A stretch of 64,000 nt of DNA from Harriotta raleighana (GCA_050575255.1 JBNZDD010013615.1:281461-345460); one strand, 5' to 3'; positions 1 to 12,419 are shown, counted from the first letter of the stretch. Notes: generated from the sequence alone by a model not told the origin. Made by a program: numbers and translations.

Positions 1-315
1 TCTAAACCAGTGGTAATAGGCTCCTTTCCCAACATGGATGTTTCGGACTTTACTATAAAGAATGAAGAAACGTTAAAAACAATACCTTATTTGATTTGTA
101 GGCCGGAATTTGCTGCATCTTTGAAAGGAACTGGACCTAATGCATCGAATGCTCTTTTCTAGTTTGATAGTTTTTGATATTCTCAATCTAGTATTGTGCA
201 GATTAGGTTACTGCTGTATTTCCCTAATAATGTGTTCATAAATTGGTGCAATGTCCTATTTGCAATAAAACCACTGTTGGTTTTGGAAACTAAAATTTAC
301 TGTAACTTTATGCAG

Positions 316-447
316 AGACAACAAATTACGGCTCGTGCAGATACAACTGTGGGTCCTATGGCTCAGGATGTTCCTGTAATTCCAACTGTGGTTATTATGG
401 CAACTGTTGCTCTGACTTCTGCGACTACTGTGGTTACATCAATCCTG
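316..447 (+). CDS. SMB (somatomedin B-like) exon 1
   Basis: tgcag|...cctg|gtaag; [33 protein letters not shown]; phase 1-1. Confidence 0.85.
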
Positions 448-3400
448 GTAAGACTATTTTCACATTTAGAAAATTGTGAAATGATTGATGAAAATGATTG
501 CGCTAAAGAATTGTAATTTTGTTGTTTGTTGTTGTTCGTAATTTTGCAATATGCTCTCCTTGATTTATGTGTTCTGATATGTGAGATTACACTCGTTTTA
601 TTGTGGGTGGTGAGATGTTTGTTCAGACTGATCTGTCATGTATAATTTCAAACACTACTATCAAAATTTCCTTTCATTGTCATAAATGGAACATGTTTAT
701 TTATAGGTTACTGTGGTACGACTAGCATTCCTTCAGGTCAGTGAAATTCAACTTTGTTGGTTTATTTATACTGTTTGTTGTTTTTTTATGATGATTATTA
801 TTAGTGATGAATGAATTCCAACATGTTTGTAAAAGCCACTCTGATGAGCCAGGAATTCATTCTCTATTCAGAAGAGTTTTGTACATTGCATCAACTTTGC
901 TAATGTTCTTATTTTCTGTTGTGCCTCAAGTCTCTTCTCAATCATGTTACCAGTTTTCTGTAGATTAAATGGCTTAGAATCCATTCAAGGTGTTGGTGCA
1001 ATAATCTGATTGCAATTTTCCTGGGTAACCTAACATATAACTTTGATTATCCAGTGACAAGTGGCTCGTGCAGATACAACTGCAACTCCTATGGCTCAGG
1101 ATGTTCCTGTAATTCCAACTGTGGTTATTATGGCAACTGTTGCTCTGACTTCTGCGACCACTGTGGTTACGTAAATCCGGGTAAGACCATTTTTAGATTT
1201 GCGAAGGATTATTAAAATGTTCTCAATACAATATATAAATAATAAATATATAATAATAATATTATATATTATATTTACAATACAATATGGGTCCATTATA
1301 TATTTTTGGGGTGTGAGGGGGGACAGTTATTCAGCAGAGGGCTTATTATTTTTCACCATTTATTTTTAAACTTGGAGTTCTGTTTTATTTTGGCACAAAT
1401 ATTGAAATTCTGGGGTAAGCACAGTATAATAGTATATTGTGGGCATTTTATAAACATTTGTTTAGTTTGCACAGGATGTCACATTGATTTTAACTGGTCA
1501 ATTTTTGAAGCCCAATCTCTAAAATAAGCTATCTTTACCGTCGTTAGTCATTGCTTTAACTTCTGCTCCTTTGTTCTCATATCAATTATGGAGTTATGTA
1601 GCTCAGTGGTTAGAGCACTCGTCTTACAAGACCAGTGTTCGAATCCAGGCAGGTCAGAGCGAAACCTTGGGCAAGTTTCCTTACTCCACATGGCCAATAA
1701 TAATCCCTCCAAAAAAAACACAATAATAAAATTGGTCATTTCAATCCATGACTGTTTGTGGGACACTGCTGTGCGCAATTGGCTCCCACAAATATACAGT
1801 CAATTCACTTTACAGTATATTCTGTGAAGTGGTTTGAGATGTCCAGAAGACATGAAAAGCACTATATCAAATGAAAGGATTATTAATATTATTATGTTAT
1901 GGGGGCCTTGGGAACTTGGAAGTGGTAAATTGCTGATTATTTGAAGATACTTTGAATCAGTCTTGCTAATACTGTATTAAGATTGTGGTGTGAAGTGTGA
2001 GATTCTTTTAGGAATTGATCTGGGTACATTCTCCACTTAAACCAGTTCTAATATTGATGCTTTGTTTTAGCAGAGACCTTTGATGGAAGAAAAGATTCAT
2101 CTACTTTATTATAGCGGTTAATATTTAGATAAACACTTTGAATTTATCTCAACCATCTGCCTTTTCCTATGGGATCCTATCATATTTGTAGATATTTTCA
2201 AAGTGATTAAACATTGTCACTTAATTTTCTAAATTGTTTCTTCTGCAGATTATTGCTATGTTACGACTCCATATCCTGGTAAGTACAATACTGCAATCCT
2301 ACTCATTCCCGCACATCCTCTCACCTTTGCTAACCTTGAGCTGACGAGCTTTCAATCACTTTGCTACTAACTCTTTGCAACTCTCTTGATAAATCCCTCC
2401 ACTTTGCTCTCTCCTTCTTTCTTTTTCAAACCTGTGTTTAGATCTAACTCATTGACTGTTCCTTCAGCCACCGCTCCCAAATCTCCTTCACACCTTCGGC
2501 ACTCCCACTATATATCTTTGCGAAGCTCTGTGAGACACTCGCGTACTTGTGTAAAATTATTGTTTTACAATTATTCATTGACACTTTTCATTGCCAATTT
2601 TCATTGCTACTTTTCCAATATTTTCACATCTGAGATTTCTTTGTTCCAATTTATTGTTACATTGGGCCCCATGTAAATATATCCGTGTTTCCATTGGCAT
2701 TAGGTGGAGGATCATGTGGTGGGTATCTAGGAAATAACACAGGCTCATTTACAAGTCCCAATTATCCATATGACTATTACAACAATGCAAGATGTACATG
2801 GCACGTACAAGTGGACAGAAACCAAATAATCAAGTTGAATTTCGATGATTTTTTGTGAGTAAAAATGTTTTCAATTAGGTTTTAATTGTGGGTAATCAAG
2901 GGTACCAATTTGCTGATCCCTGAAAATAGTCATAGTGTAAACTGTTAGAGAAGTTGATTATAAATGATCAATGTCCATGGCAGCATTCATTTCCAATCTC
3001 TTAATCTCTCCGCAGGTTGGAATCCTCAACCAATTGCCCTTATGATTATGTGGCAATATATGATGGGCCTTCCACAAGTTACCCTTTGCTTGCCAAGACT
3101 TGCGATTCCTCAAACATCACAGTTATATCATCAAACAACAGTATCACGGTTCAGTTTAAAACAGATTCCAGTGTAACTCGCAGAGGGTTTTCAGCAAATT
3201 ACTTTACTGCCCCAAGTAAGTTTATACATAAATCAAGGAAACCACAATGATAATTACGAGCAATGATCGTAATTCACTGTGGTTTCCTTGATTTATGTAT
3301 AAGACTATTTTATGTATACATAAAGACTCTTTGACTACGCCTTTGGTCACTTTTCTCTCCCTTTCTACCACTCCCCCGGGATCCGTTATTGTGAAGCGCG

Positions 3401-6400
3401 CTGAGACACCGTCTGGCGTGGAGGGAACTATATAAACCACAGTTGTTGTTGTTGTAACCTAATGTGAAACATTTTTCTGACGTTGATTATCCAGTGACAA
3501 GTGGATCTTGCAGATACAACTGCCACTCTTATGGCTCGGGATGTTCCTGTAATTCCAACTGTGGTTATTATGGCAACTGTTGCTCTGACTTCTGCGACTA
3601 CTGTGGTTACATCAATCCTGGTAAGACCATTTTCACGTTAAGAAAATAACTTNGTTAAGAAAATAACTTTGATGAAGATCATTGTTTGTAATTATCAACA
3701 TGCTTTCCTTGATTAATGTATCCTGATGACAGTTCGATTCCAGGCAGGGAGAAACCTTGTGCATGTTTCCTTACTCCATATGCTTAATAATAATCTCTAA
3801 AAAAATAATAATAATTTGGTCACTGAATCAACAACTGTGGAACACTGCTGTGCGCAATTGGCTGCCGCGTTTTGCCCATACATATACAGTCAATTCACTT
3901 TACAGTATATTCTGTGAAGTGCCTTGAGAAGTCCAGAAGACGTGAAAAGCGCTATATGAAATGCAAGGATTATTATCCTATTTTTGTAATGATGGGATGT
4001 TTGTTCGGATGATCTGTCGTGTACAATTTCAAACATTAGAATCAGATCAAAATATCCTTTCACGATAATAAACTGAATGTATTTATTTACAGGTTACTGT
4101 GGCACAACTGAGAGTCCTTTTGGTCAGTGAAATTTAATTTAATTGGTTTGTGAATATCTTGTTGTGTATGATCAATGGTTAATCTGTAAAATCTAATTTC
4201 CAAATTGCTAATGCGAAATATGCAGTCATTCATCAGATTGGGATTGTTTTACCAACATGAAAGGCGTTAGAACAAATGTACGGATTAACATTATTAATAG
4301 AGAAAGAGTGACAGATTGGAGCATTACCAGATTCTTTTGCAACCAGTGCATGAGTATAAGAGAACAAGCAACAAATCACGCAGGAGAGTGTGAGAGGGAA
4401 AGAGGCAGTAACTGAACCAAGCCTTTTGTGTAACTTAATGTCTGGAATCTGTCCCAGAGCTTCCAATCTAAAGACTGAAACTTTATGTTTTCAATCCAGT
4501 TTTGTGCAGATGAGATTACTTTTCTGCTAATGTGTTCATCAATTGGTGCAATGTTTTACATGCCACGATTCCACTTTTTGCTTTTGTAAACTAAATTTCA
4601 ATGTAATTTTAACTGTGTCAAGGGTAACCTAACATATAACTTTGATTATCCAGTGACAAGTGGCTCGTGCAGATACAACTGCAACTCCTATGGCTCAGGA
4701 TGTTCCTGTAATTCCAACTGTGGTTATTATGGCAACTGTTGCTCTGACTTCTGCGACCACTGTGGTTACGTAAATCCGGGTAAGACCATTTTTAGATTTG
4801 CGAAGGATTATTAAAATGTTCTCAGTACAATATATAAATAATAAATATATAATAATATTATATATTATATTTACAATACAATATGGGTCCATTATATATT
4901 TTTGGGGTGTGAGGGGGGACAGTTATTCAGCAGAGGGCTTATTATTTTTCACCATTTATTTTTAAANNNNNNNNNNNNNNNNNNNNNNNNNNNNNNNNNN
5001 NNNNNNNNNNNNNNNNNNNNNNNNNNNNNNNNNNNNNNNNNNNNNNNNNNNNNNNNNNNNNNNNNNNNNNNNNNNNNNNNNNNNNNNNNNNNNNNNNNNN
5101 NNNNNNNNNNNNNNNNNNNNNNNNNNNNNNNNNNNNNNNNNNNNNNNNNNNNNNNNNNNNNNNNNNNNNNNNNNNNNNNNNNNNNNNNNNNNNNNNNNNN
5201 NNNNNNNNNNNNNNNNNNNNNNNNNNNNNNNNNNNNNNNNNNNNNNNNNNNNNNNNNNNNNNNNNNNNNNNNNNNNNNNNNNNNNNNNNNNNNNNNNNNN
5301 NNNNNNNNNNNNNNNNNNNNNNNNNNNNNNNNNNNNNNNNNNNNNNNNNNNNNNNNNNNNNNNNNNNNNNNNNNNNNNNNNNNNNNNNNNNNNNNNNNNN
5401 NNNNNNNNNNNNNNNNNNNNNNNNNNNNNNNNNNNNNNNNNNNNNNNNNNNNNNNNNNNNNNNNNNNNNNNNNNNNNNNNNNNNNNNNNNNNNNNNNNNN
5501 NNNNNNNNNNNNNNNNNNNNNNNNNNNNNNNNNNNNNNNNNNNNNNNNNNNNNNNNNNNNNNNNNNNNNNNNNNNNNNNNNNNNNNNNNNNNNNNNNNNN
5601 NNNNNNNNNNNNNNNNNNNNNNNNNNNNNNNNNNNNNNNNNNNNNNNNNNNNNNNNNNNNNNNNNNNNNNNNNNNNNNNNNNNNNNNNNNNNNNNNNNNN
5701 NNNNNNNNNNNNNNNNNNNNNNNNNNNNNNNNNNNNNNNNNNNNNNNNNNNNNNNNNNNNNNNNNNNNNNNNNNNNNNNNNNNNNNNNNNNNNNNNNNNN
5801 NNNNNNNNNNNNNNNNNNNNNNNNNNNNNNNNTGATTATAAATGATCAATGTCCATGGCAGCATTCATTTCCAATCTCTTAATCTCTCCGCAGGTTGGAA
5901 TCCTCAACCAATTGCCCTTTTGATTATGTGGCAATATATGATGGGCCTTCCACAAGTTACCCTTTGCTTGCCAAGACTTGCGATGCCTCAAACCTCACAG
6001 TTATATCATCAAACAACAGTATCACGGTTCAGTTTAAAACAGATTCCAGTGTAACTCGCAGAGGGTTTTCAGCAAATTACTTTTCTGCCCCAAGTGATGA
6101 CAGTAAGTTTATTGCCTTTTTCATTGTTGCTAAAAGTATCTGAACTTTTTTGGGGGGAGAAATGCTGCATATGTAATTTAATTTTATTAAAATGAAACTA
6201 TTCATTGAAAATAAATTGATGTTTTGTTCTGAATAAAACGCAAACTTATTTTCTGTAGTTTACTGATATGATTCCTGTGGATCACTTAGAACACTCGCCT
6301 TACAAGTGTGAGACCTGTGTTCGAATCCAGGCAGGGCGAAATCTTGGGCAAGTTTCCTTACTCCACACACATGCCTCATAATAAACCCTCCAAAAAAAAA

Positions 6401-9400
6401 CACAATGATAAAATTGGACATTTCAATCCACAACTGTTTGTGGGGGACACTGCTGTGCGCAATTGGCTGCCGTGTTTCACCCACAAATATACAGTCAATT
6501 CACTTTACAGTACATTCTATGAAACGCTTTGAGACATCTTGAAGACGTGAAAAGCGCTATATCAAAAATGCAAGGATTATCATTATTATTATTAAAACCC
6601 CAGCATTTCAGCACAAATGAATGAGACATTATGTTTGTCTCATTCATTTGTGCTGGAATGCTGGGGTTCCCAATTGATGAACACTGGACAGAAAACTGAT
6701 AGGCAGACTGTGCCATTTGACAATAAAGTACACACATCATTAATTGCCAACCGCGCGATTGTCCCACAAAATATAGTCACTACATTTGGTGTATTCTGTG
6801 AAGCGCTTTGAGACGTCTCAAAAGATGTTACAAGGCACTATATCAAATGCAAGNAAACCCCAGCATTTCAGCACAAATGAATGAGACATTATGTTTGTCT
6901 CATTCATTTGTGCTGGAATGCTGGGGTTCCCAATTGATGAACACTGGACAGAAAACTGATAGGCAGACTGTGCCATTTGACAATAAAGTACACACATCAT
7001 TAATTGCCAACCGCGCGATTGTCCCACAAAATATAGTCACTACATTTGGTGTATTCTGTGAAGCGCTTTGAGACGTCTCAAAAGATGTTACAAGGCACTA
7101 TATCAAATGCAAGGATTATTATTATCCACTTATTATCCGCGTCTTTTGGAATGAAATTAAGATTTTCCCATGTGTTAAGATTCAGCCTTGTGTCAGTTGC
7201 TTTTATTTCATTCATTTTCTTCCTTTGATTGTGTGCTTCTAGTTGGTGGTTTAAAAGGCGATTTCAACAGTTTCCAGTTTCAAGAAATATAGCCATTACG
7301 ACAGAGAAATTTCTATTTAATTTGTGTTAATGTATGTCACAGTTTGCCCACATTTTGCGAAAGTGACAAGATTTTTTGGCTTTCTTTTCTGCTTGTCGAT
7401 AAATGTATTGTTCTTGGTCGTGTGAACCTATCAATAGGATTTTGTACTTATTCTGTTTATCTGCTGATTTTAATTGATTAAATGAATTAAACTTTATGAA
7501 AATAATCTTTTTTTTCTTTTTCAAGCATGGTTAACCTGTTCAACAGATTATATGGAAGCAATAATTAGCAAGTCCTATCTCTACTCGCTGGGTTTTAATG
7601 AGTATGACGTCCATCTCAATGATCCATACTGCAGACCAGATATAACACATAATCATGTGATATTCAAAACACTACTCAATTCATGTGGTACAATACGGCA
7701 AGTAAGTCAAACCAATTTTTCTGATTATTTTCTCATTTGAATCGAGCCGCATTGCAAATGGGAATTAAATGCTGTTATCCCGATCAGAGAGATCCAAACT
7801 TTTGGCCTCTGAGGGTTGGATCCCTTATTTATAATAATAATAATCATCCTTGCATTTAAAAGGAGATTTCAACAGTGTCCAGTTTCAAGAAATATAGCCA
7901 TTACGACAGAGAAATTTCTATTTAATTTGTGTTAATGTATGTCACAGTTTGCTTTTACATCTTCTACACATCTCAAAGTGCTTCACAGACTATACTGCAA
8001 AATACGGCAGCCAATTGCACACAGGAGTGTCCCACAAACAATCGTGGATTGAAATTACCAATTTTATTAAAGGTTTTTTTTTGTGCGGATTATTATGAGG
8101 CTTGCAGAGTAAGGAAACGTGCCCAAAATTTCGCCCTGATCTGCCTGGATTCGAAACACAGGTCTCACACTTGTCAGGCGAGTGCTCTAACCACTGAGCT
8201 ACAAGACGCCAGAGAAAGAATGAGGAGAGAAATTAGAATAAATCAGTGGACAATATTTTTTTTAAAAAGAAGTGCTGATCAGATGTGTTCCTAACCTGTT
8301 TTATTGTGTATTCATAGGGAAACAATGACAGCATCACTTATTCCAACACTATCAGGGCTTCGCCTTCTTCCACCATTTCACCCGATTCAGTTATAACTCG
8401 TGTAACCAATCTACGAATCAACATAGGCTGCCGAATGGAACAGGACACAACGATTAAACTAATGTACTTGACTGAAGATGACATAGTAGTAAACGAATCG
8501 GAGACTGGCAGGTTTAATGTCAGAATGGCTTTCTACAACTCTCCATCATTCACCACACCAGTGTTGGATACACCTTACTATGTGCATCTCACTCAGAAAC
8601 TATATGTCCAAGTGAACCTGAACAGCTCTGACAGTAACCTGGTACTTTTCGTGGACACGTGTACAGCATCTTCCTCTTATTATGACTGGACAACAAAGAC
8701 CTACAGTCTCATCAAGAACGGGTAGGAAGCGTCAGTAATAATAATAATCTCAGTGTTGATATAGTGGCTAAAGTGTTCAATTTGGTTCAAATTCCTTCAC
8801 AAAAGCCCTGCAGTTTTAGTGACTTCATATCGCTAAGTGAATGGAATCATATAGAATCATAGGATCCTACAGCACAGAAGGAGACTATATAATAAATAAT
8901 GATAATAATAATCCTCGCATTTGATGTAGCGTTTGCTTCAAAAATTAGGGCAAAGAGAGATGAGTGGAGAAAGGAAGGAAGAGGAAATGAGTATCGGTGA
9001 AATCTTTGTTTAGTTGAAAGGAAAAGACTGCTTTGCAGATATTTCAATAAATACCAACTGAATTATCGGCATTAGAAAGAAACCTGATTGGTATTATTGG
9101 CAATTGCACATAGCTGAAATAATAATAATCGTTGCATTTGATATGGCGCTTTTCATATCTTCTAGAAGTCTCAAAGCGCTTCATAGAATATACTGTAAAG
9201 TGAATCGAAAAATTAAAGTGACTGTACACTTGTGGGCAAAACTCGGCAGCCAATTGTGCACAGCAGTGTCCCACAAACAGTCATGGATTGAAATGACCAA
9301 TTTTATTCTTATTTTTTTTGGAGGGATTTTTATTGGGAGTGAGTGTGTGAAGTTGCCCAAGGTTTCGCCCTAACCTGCCATGATTTGAACACAGGTCTCA

Positions 9401-10583
9401 CTCTTGTAAGGCGAGTGCTCTAACCACTGCGCTACAGGACTCCATCTTTCCCTATAGCCTTGAAAAATAAAATTCTACGACTTTTCAGCCAGTGTGTTCC
9501 AGGCTAAAACGAGCCATAAGGAATATTTCTACTTTCAGCCTGAACATTTTCAATGTAAAGTTTTTTTTCATACAGCAGTGTTTTGGGATTATAATATTCG
9601 ACTCTTTGTTTTGTAGGTGTGTGCGAGATGAGACATATCAAACGTATTCATCTCCATCCAGAAACATTGCTCGGTTTAAGTTCAATGCCTTTAAATTCCT
9701 GGATCTGAATTCCGCAATTTACCTGCAGTGTAAAATTGCCGTCTGCAAAGTGTATGATTACTCTTCTCGGTGTTACCGCGGGTGTATTTCCCGGCAGAAA
9801 AGAGATCTAAATCCTTCAGGTGACATCACTGATGTTGTGATTGGACCCATTCAACTGAAAAAAGATGAAGAATCCAATGAAATTGAAGGTATTTTCCAAA
9901 TATCCTCGTAAAAAAAATAACAAGAATTTCACATTTGCATCGCACCTTTCGTATCTGTAGAACATCTCAAAGTGCTTCACAATGTCCGCCAGGAGCCAGA
10001 GCTGGGAGTGGGTGGGAAGGAAGGAACAAAGGGGTAAGAGGTGACCAAAAGCACGATCGTAAGAAAAGGTCTTAAGATGGGCTTTAAAGGTTAGGAGGAA
10101 GGGATATATGTTGGAGGTCCAGATTGTGAGGGGCAAAATGGCTGAATGCTTGCCCACCAAAGGTGGGGCGGGTGGGAGGGCGGTGCGGGCATGACGCACT
10201 CAATAAAAGAGGGAGCATCTGGAGTAGTAGTTATAGGAGTTTGCAAGAGGTCAGGTTGGAGCGACACCATGCAGACATTAAACACGTTAGATCTAAAAAG
10301 CAATAAATAGAGAAACTTGTGTCCGGAAAATGTAAATAGTCCAGCTTTCAATTGTCAATCACTGACTGATAAGTGATACGGTACCAGTTTTGAAACTGAA
10401 TTGTGTTGTGAATGTCTTTCAGGCCTGCAAAAGGAGGAGGTAGTTGGGAAGGCAACTGACCAGTTAAACGTATCTTTGGTCCTGACTTTTATGGTTTTGG
10501 CTGTAGTTTCTACAATATTGATTGCCATGGTACTAAAACGCCACAGCAACAGGCAGACAGGCTGCCCTTATCAACAGCTGTGA
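316..10583 (+). CDS. DMBT1/CUZD1-like protein, 3' portion: (SMB-SMB-CUB)x2, ZP module, furin site, TM, short tail; 5' end outside window
   Basis: GT-AG exons in consistent phase: 316-447, 707-736, 1055-1180, 2249-2278, 2704-2854, 3016-3215, 3495-3620, 4093-4122, 4654-4779, [gap], 5894-6102, 7526-7701, 8318-8721, 9617-9888, 10423-10583. CUB motifs [40 protein letters not shown]; ZP motifs [34 protein letters not shown]; RQKR; hydrophobic TM. Neighbours fit the CUZD1/DMBT1 locus. Confidence 0.85.
707..736 (+). CDS. 30-nt microexon [10 protein letters not shown]
   Basis: ttatag|gttac...tcag|gtcagt; phase 1-1; paralogous to 4093-4122. Confidence 0.7.
1055..1180 (+). CDS. SMB exon 2
   Basis: ccag|tgacaag...ccgg|gtaag; same Cys pattern as SMB exon 1. 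Confidence 0.85.
1589..1895 (+). mobile_element. tRNA-headed SINE with Deu-type core and L2-like tail
   Basis: GTAGCTCAGTGGTTAGAGC A-box, GTTCGAATCC B-box, GCTGTGCGCAATTGGCT core, (ATT)n tail; about 25-30 copies in the window. Confidence 0.85.
2249..2278 (+). CDS. 30-nt microexon [10 protein letters not shown]
   Basis: ttcttctgcag|...cctg|gtaagt; phase 1-1. Confidence 0.7.
2704..2854 (+). CDS. CUB domain, first half
   Basis: [36 protein letters not shown]; tag| and |gtgagt. Confidence 0.85.
3016..3215 (+). CDS. CUB domain, second half
   Basis: [17 protein letters not shown]...[16 protein letters not shown]; cgcag| and |gtaag. Confidence 0.9.
3495..3620 (+). CDS. SMB exon 3
   Basis: 126-nt phase 1-1 exon, [33 protein letters not shown]. 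Confidence 0.85.
3731..3977 (+). mobile_element. SINE, same family, 5'-truncated
   Basis: B-box, core and tail match. Confidence 0.75.
4093..4122 (+). CDS. 30-nt microexon [10 protein letters not shown]
   Basis: ttacag|...tttg|gtcagt; paralog of 707-736. Confidence 0.7.
4654..4779 (+). CDS. SMB exon 4
   Basis: Identical to 1055-1180. Confidence 0.8.
4967..5832. other. Assembly gap (866 N)
   Basis: N run. By analogy with the first repeat unit it should hide a microexon and the first half of the second CUB. Confidence 0.99.
5894..6102 (+). CDS. Second CUB domain, second half
   Basis: Near-identical to 3016-3215; ends gac a|gtaag. Confidence 0.88.
6268..6592 (+). mobile_element. SINE, same family
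   Basis: Head, core and tail match. Confidence 0.85.
7526..7701 (+). CDS. ZP domain exon 1
   Basis: [18 protein letters not shown]...LNDPYC...LNSCGTIRQ|gtaagt. Confidence 0.88.
7831..8208 (-). mobile_element. SINE, same family, with a 98-nt insertion in the tail
   Basis: Reverse-complement match. Confidence 0.8.
8318..8721 (+). CDS. ZP domain exon 2
   Basis: ITYSNTI...IGCRMEQ...PYYVHL...[11 protein letters not shown]...LIKNG. Confidence 0.9.
9119..9444 (-). mobile_element. SINE, same family
   Basis: Reverse-complement match. Confidence 0.85.
9617..9888 (+). CDS. ZP domain exon 3 with furin site and EHP
   Basis: CVRDETY...RFKFNAFKF...YLQCKIAVC...[13 protein letters not shown]...VVIGPIQL. 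Confidence 0.9.
9915..10200 (-). mobile_element. L2-type LINE 3' fragment
   Basis: [14 protein letters not shown] on - plus tail. Confidence 0.6.
10423..10583 (+). CDS. TM and cytoplasmic tail exon
   Basis: [22 protein letters not shown] then KRH...YQQL*. Confidence 0.8.
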
Positions 10584-10806
10584 GGCAGCCAACCACGAAA
10601 TGTCTTTTATCTGTACATGGAAATCAAATTATTCTTGATTCATGTATCTTAGTTTTTGAGTAGTTCTATCAGTAAACATTCACAAGATCATCACATTGAA
10701 CAGTGTATCAATTGAATATCAAACATTGATCATCTAATGTTTATTCTAATAGAACAGACAATTGTGTCAAGTTAAATTGGAATGATTTACACTGCTGCAG
10801 TGTCTC

Positions 10807-10812
10807 AATAAA
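10807..10812 (+). terminator. Candidate poly(A) signal of the ZP gene
   Basis: AATAAA ~220 nt after the stop; more copies near 10918 and 10947. Confidence 0.45.
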
Positions 10813-12419
10813 TGTGAGTCAACGCAGTAGATTTTATTTATAATCGGATCGCAATAGTTCCAATGAAATTGTTTATCCTAATTATGTTTCACATTCTGCA
10901 ATTCCGTCTGTTAATGAAATAAATGACTTGTGATAATAGTGAACCAATAAATATTGATTTGTTTGCATCAGAGAACGGTTATCCCCTTTATNTGCAATCC
11001 GTCTGTTAATGAAATAAATGACTTGTGATAATAGTAAACCAATAAATATTGATTTGTTTGCATCAGAGAACGGTTATCCCCTTTATTGAACTCTTGTAAT
11101 AATCTGTGTACCAAAGAGTTATGGATAACATTGTAAAATCATCAGTGTGGAGGGGGATGTGGGGGAAATCTTATTTCTAGCTTGCTTATTTCACCTCTGC
11201 TGTGTGCAATTGATGCAATACATTCAATTAACTATACTGTGGTAGTGACACTTTACTGAAGCAATAATTGTCCATTCACCTTGGGACATTCTCCTGATGT
11301 GAAAGGCGCTATACAAGTGTAATTTTGTTATTGTTGTTTGCAGTATATTCTGTGAAGCGCTTTGAGACATCAAGAAGACATGAAAAATGCTATATCAAAT
11401 GCAAGAATTATTATTTTTACTATTACAAATGTAATTATGTTGTTGTTGTGGATACTCCTGCAAAACACCGACTAGAGAAATTCTTAAAGACTAAAGTTGA
11501 ACCTGAAATGAAGTCTTCCGTCTCACCATAACAGCAGTTACTCCCAGTCCTTTGCTTTAGTTTTGCAATTTGTTAATACAAATACAGTATATTATCTTAT
11601 CTTCCAGGGACTTGGAAACATAGTTACTGAGGCAAATATGTAGACTGCATTTAAAAAGGTAGGGTTGGGTGGGGGCACTTGCATGACCTTGAAAGAAGAA
11701 GAAAACAGATTTGATTCAATAAAATCTTTTCAATAAATAAACATTACATGAGGTGGGCGGGGGGGCGGAGTGGATTCTAATCTCTCTCACTGCAAAGTAA
11801 AGCAATGATTGAATTACGGTAATGGAATAATCTCGTCGCAGAGCAACAATAAACGTGTGAACAATAACATTGGAAAATGATGTACGCTGCATCAAAAATG
11901 ATGAATTCGCAAAGGATAGATACAACATGAACATTAAATTATACACAATAAAACCAATAAGGATTTTTATCATTGATTATTTATAGGTTTTATTGTGTAT
12001 AATTTAACGTTGATGTTGTATCTATCCTTTGTGAATAATTCAGTACATCTCAATTATACACAATATTACTCGGTCACAAGGCTTGACAGTGACTGCGCTG
12101 CAAAGCCTAGTGACAGTAATATTTTTGGGGGGCAGGGGGTGTAACGCAGGCAGCCATTTGCCCTCAACGGTGTCTGTCCCGCAAACACTTGTGGATTCAG
12201 TGACTAAATTATGTCTGTCTGTCCGTCTTTCTATCCACTTGAGACGTCGAGCAGACGCGATAAGGCGCTTCATCAAATGCAAGGATTAGTATTATTATTA
12301 TTATTATTATTCTAATAAAGTACATTCAAATGTTTTTTAAACCTCCCGCCCTGTGAGTGTGAGTGTGAGCAGCATCTGATCCCCCCCCCCCATCCCCCAC
12401 CCGGAACCAAAACACTTTC

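Noticed and set aside
841-870. CTGATGAG as another hammerhead core
   Set aside because: No stem II followed by GAAA
4902-5882. 300-326 aa ORFs
   Set aside because: Made almost entirely of the N gap
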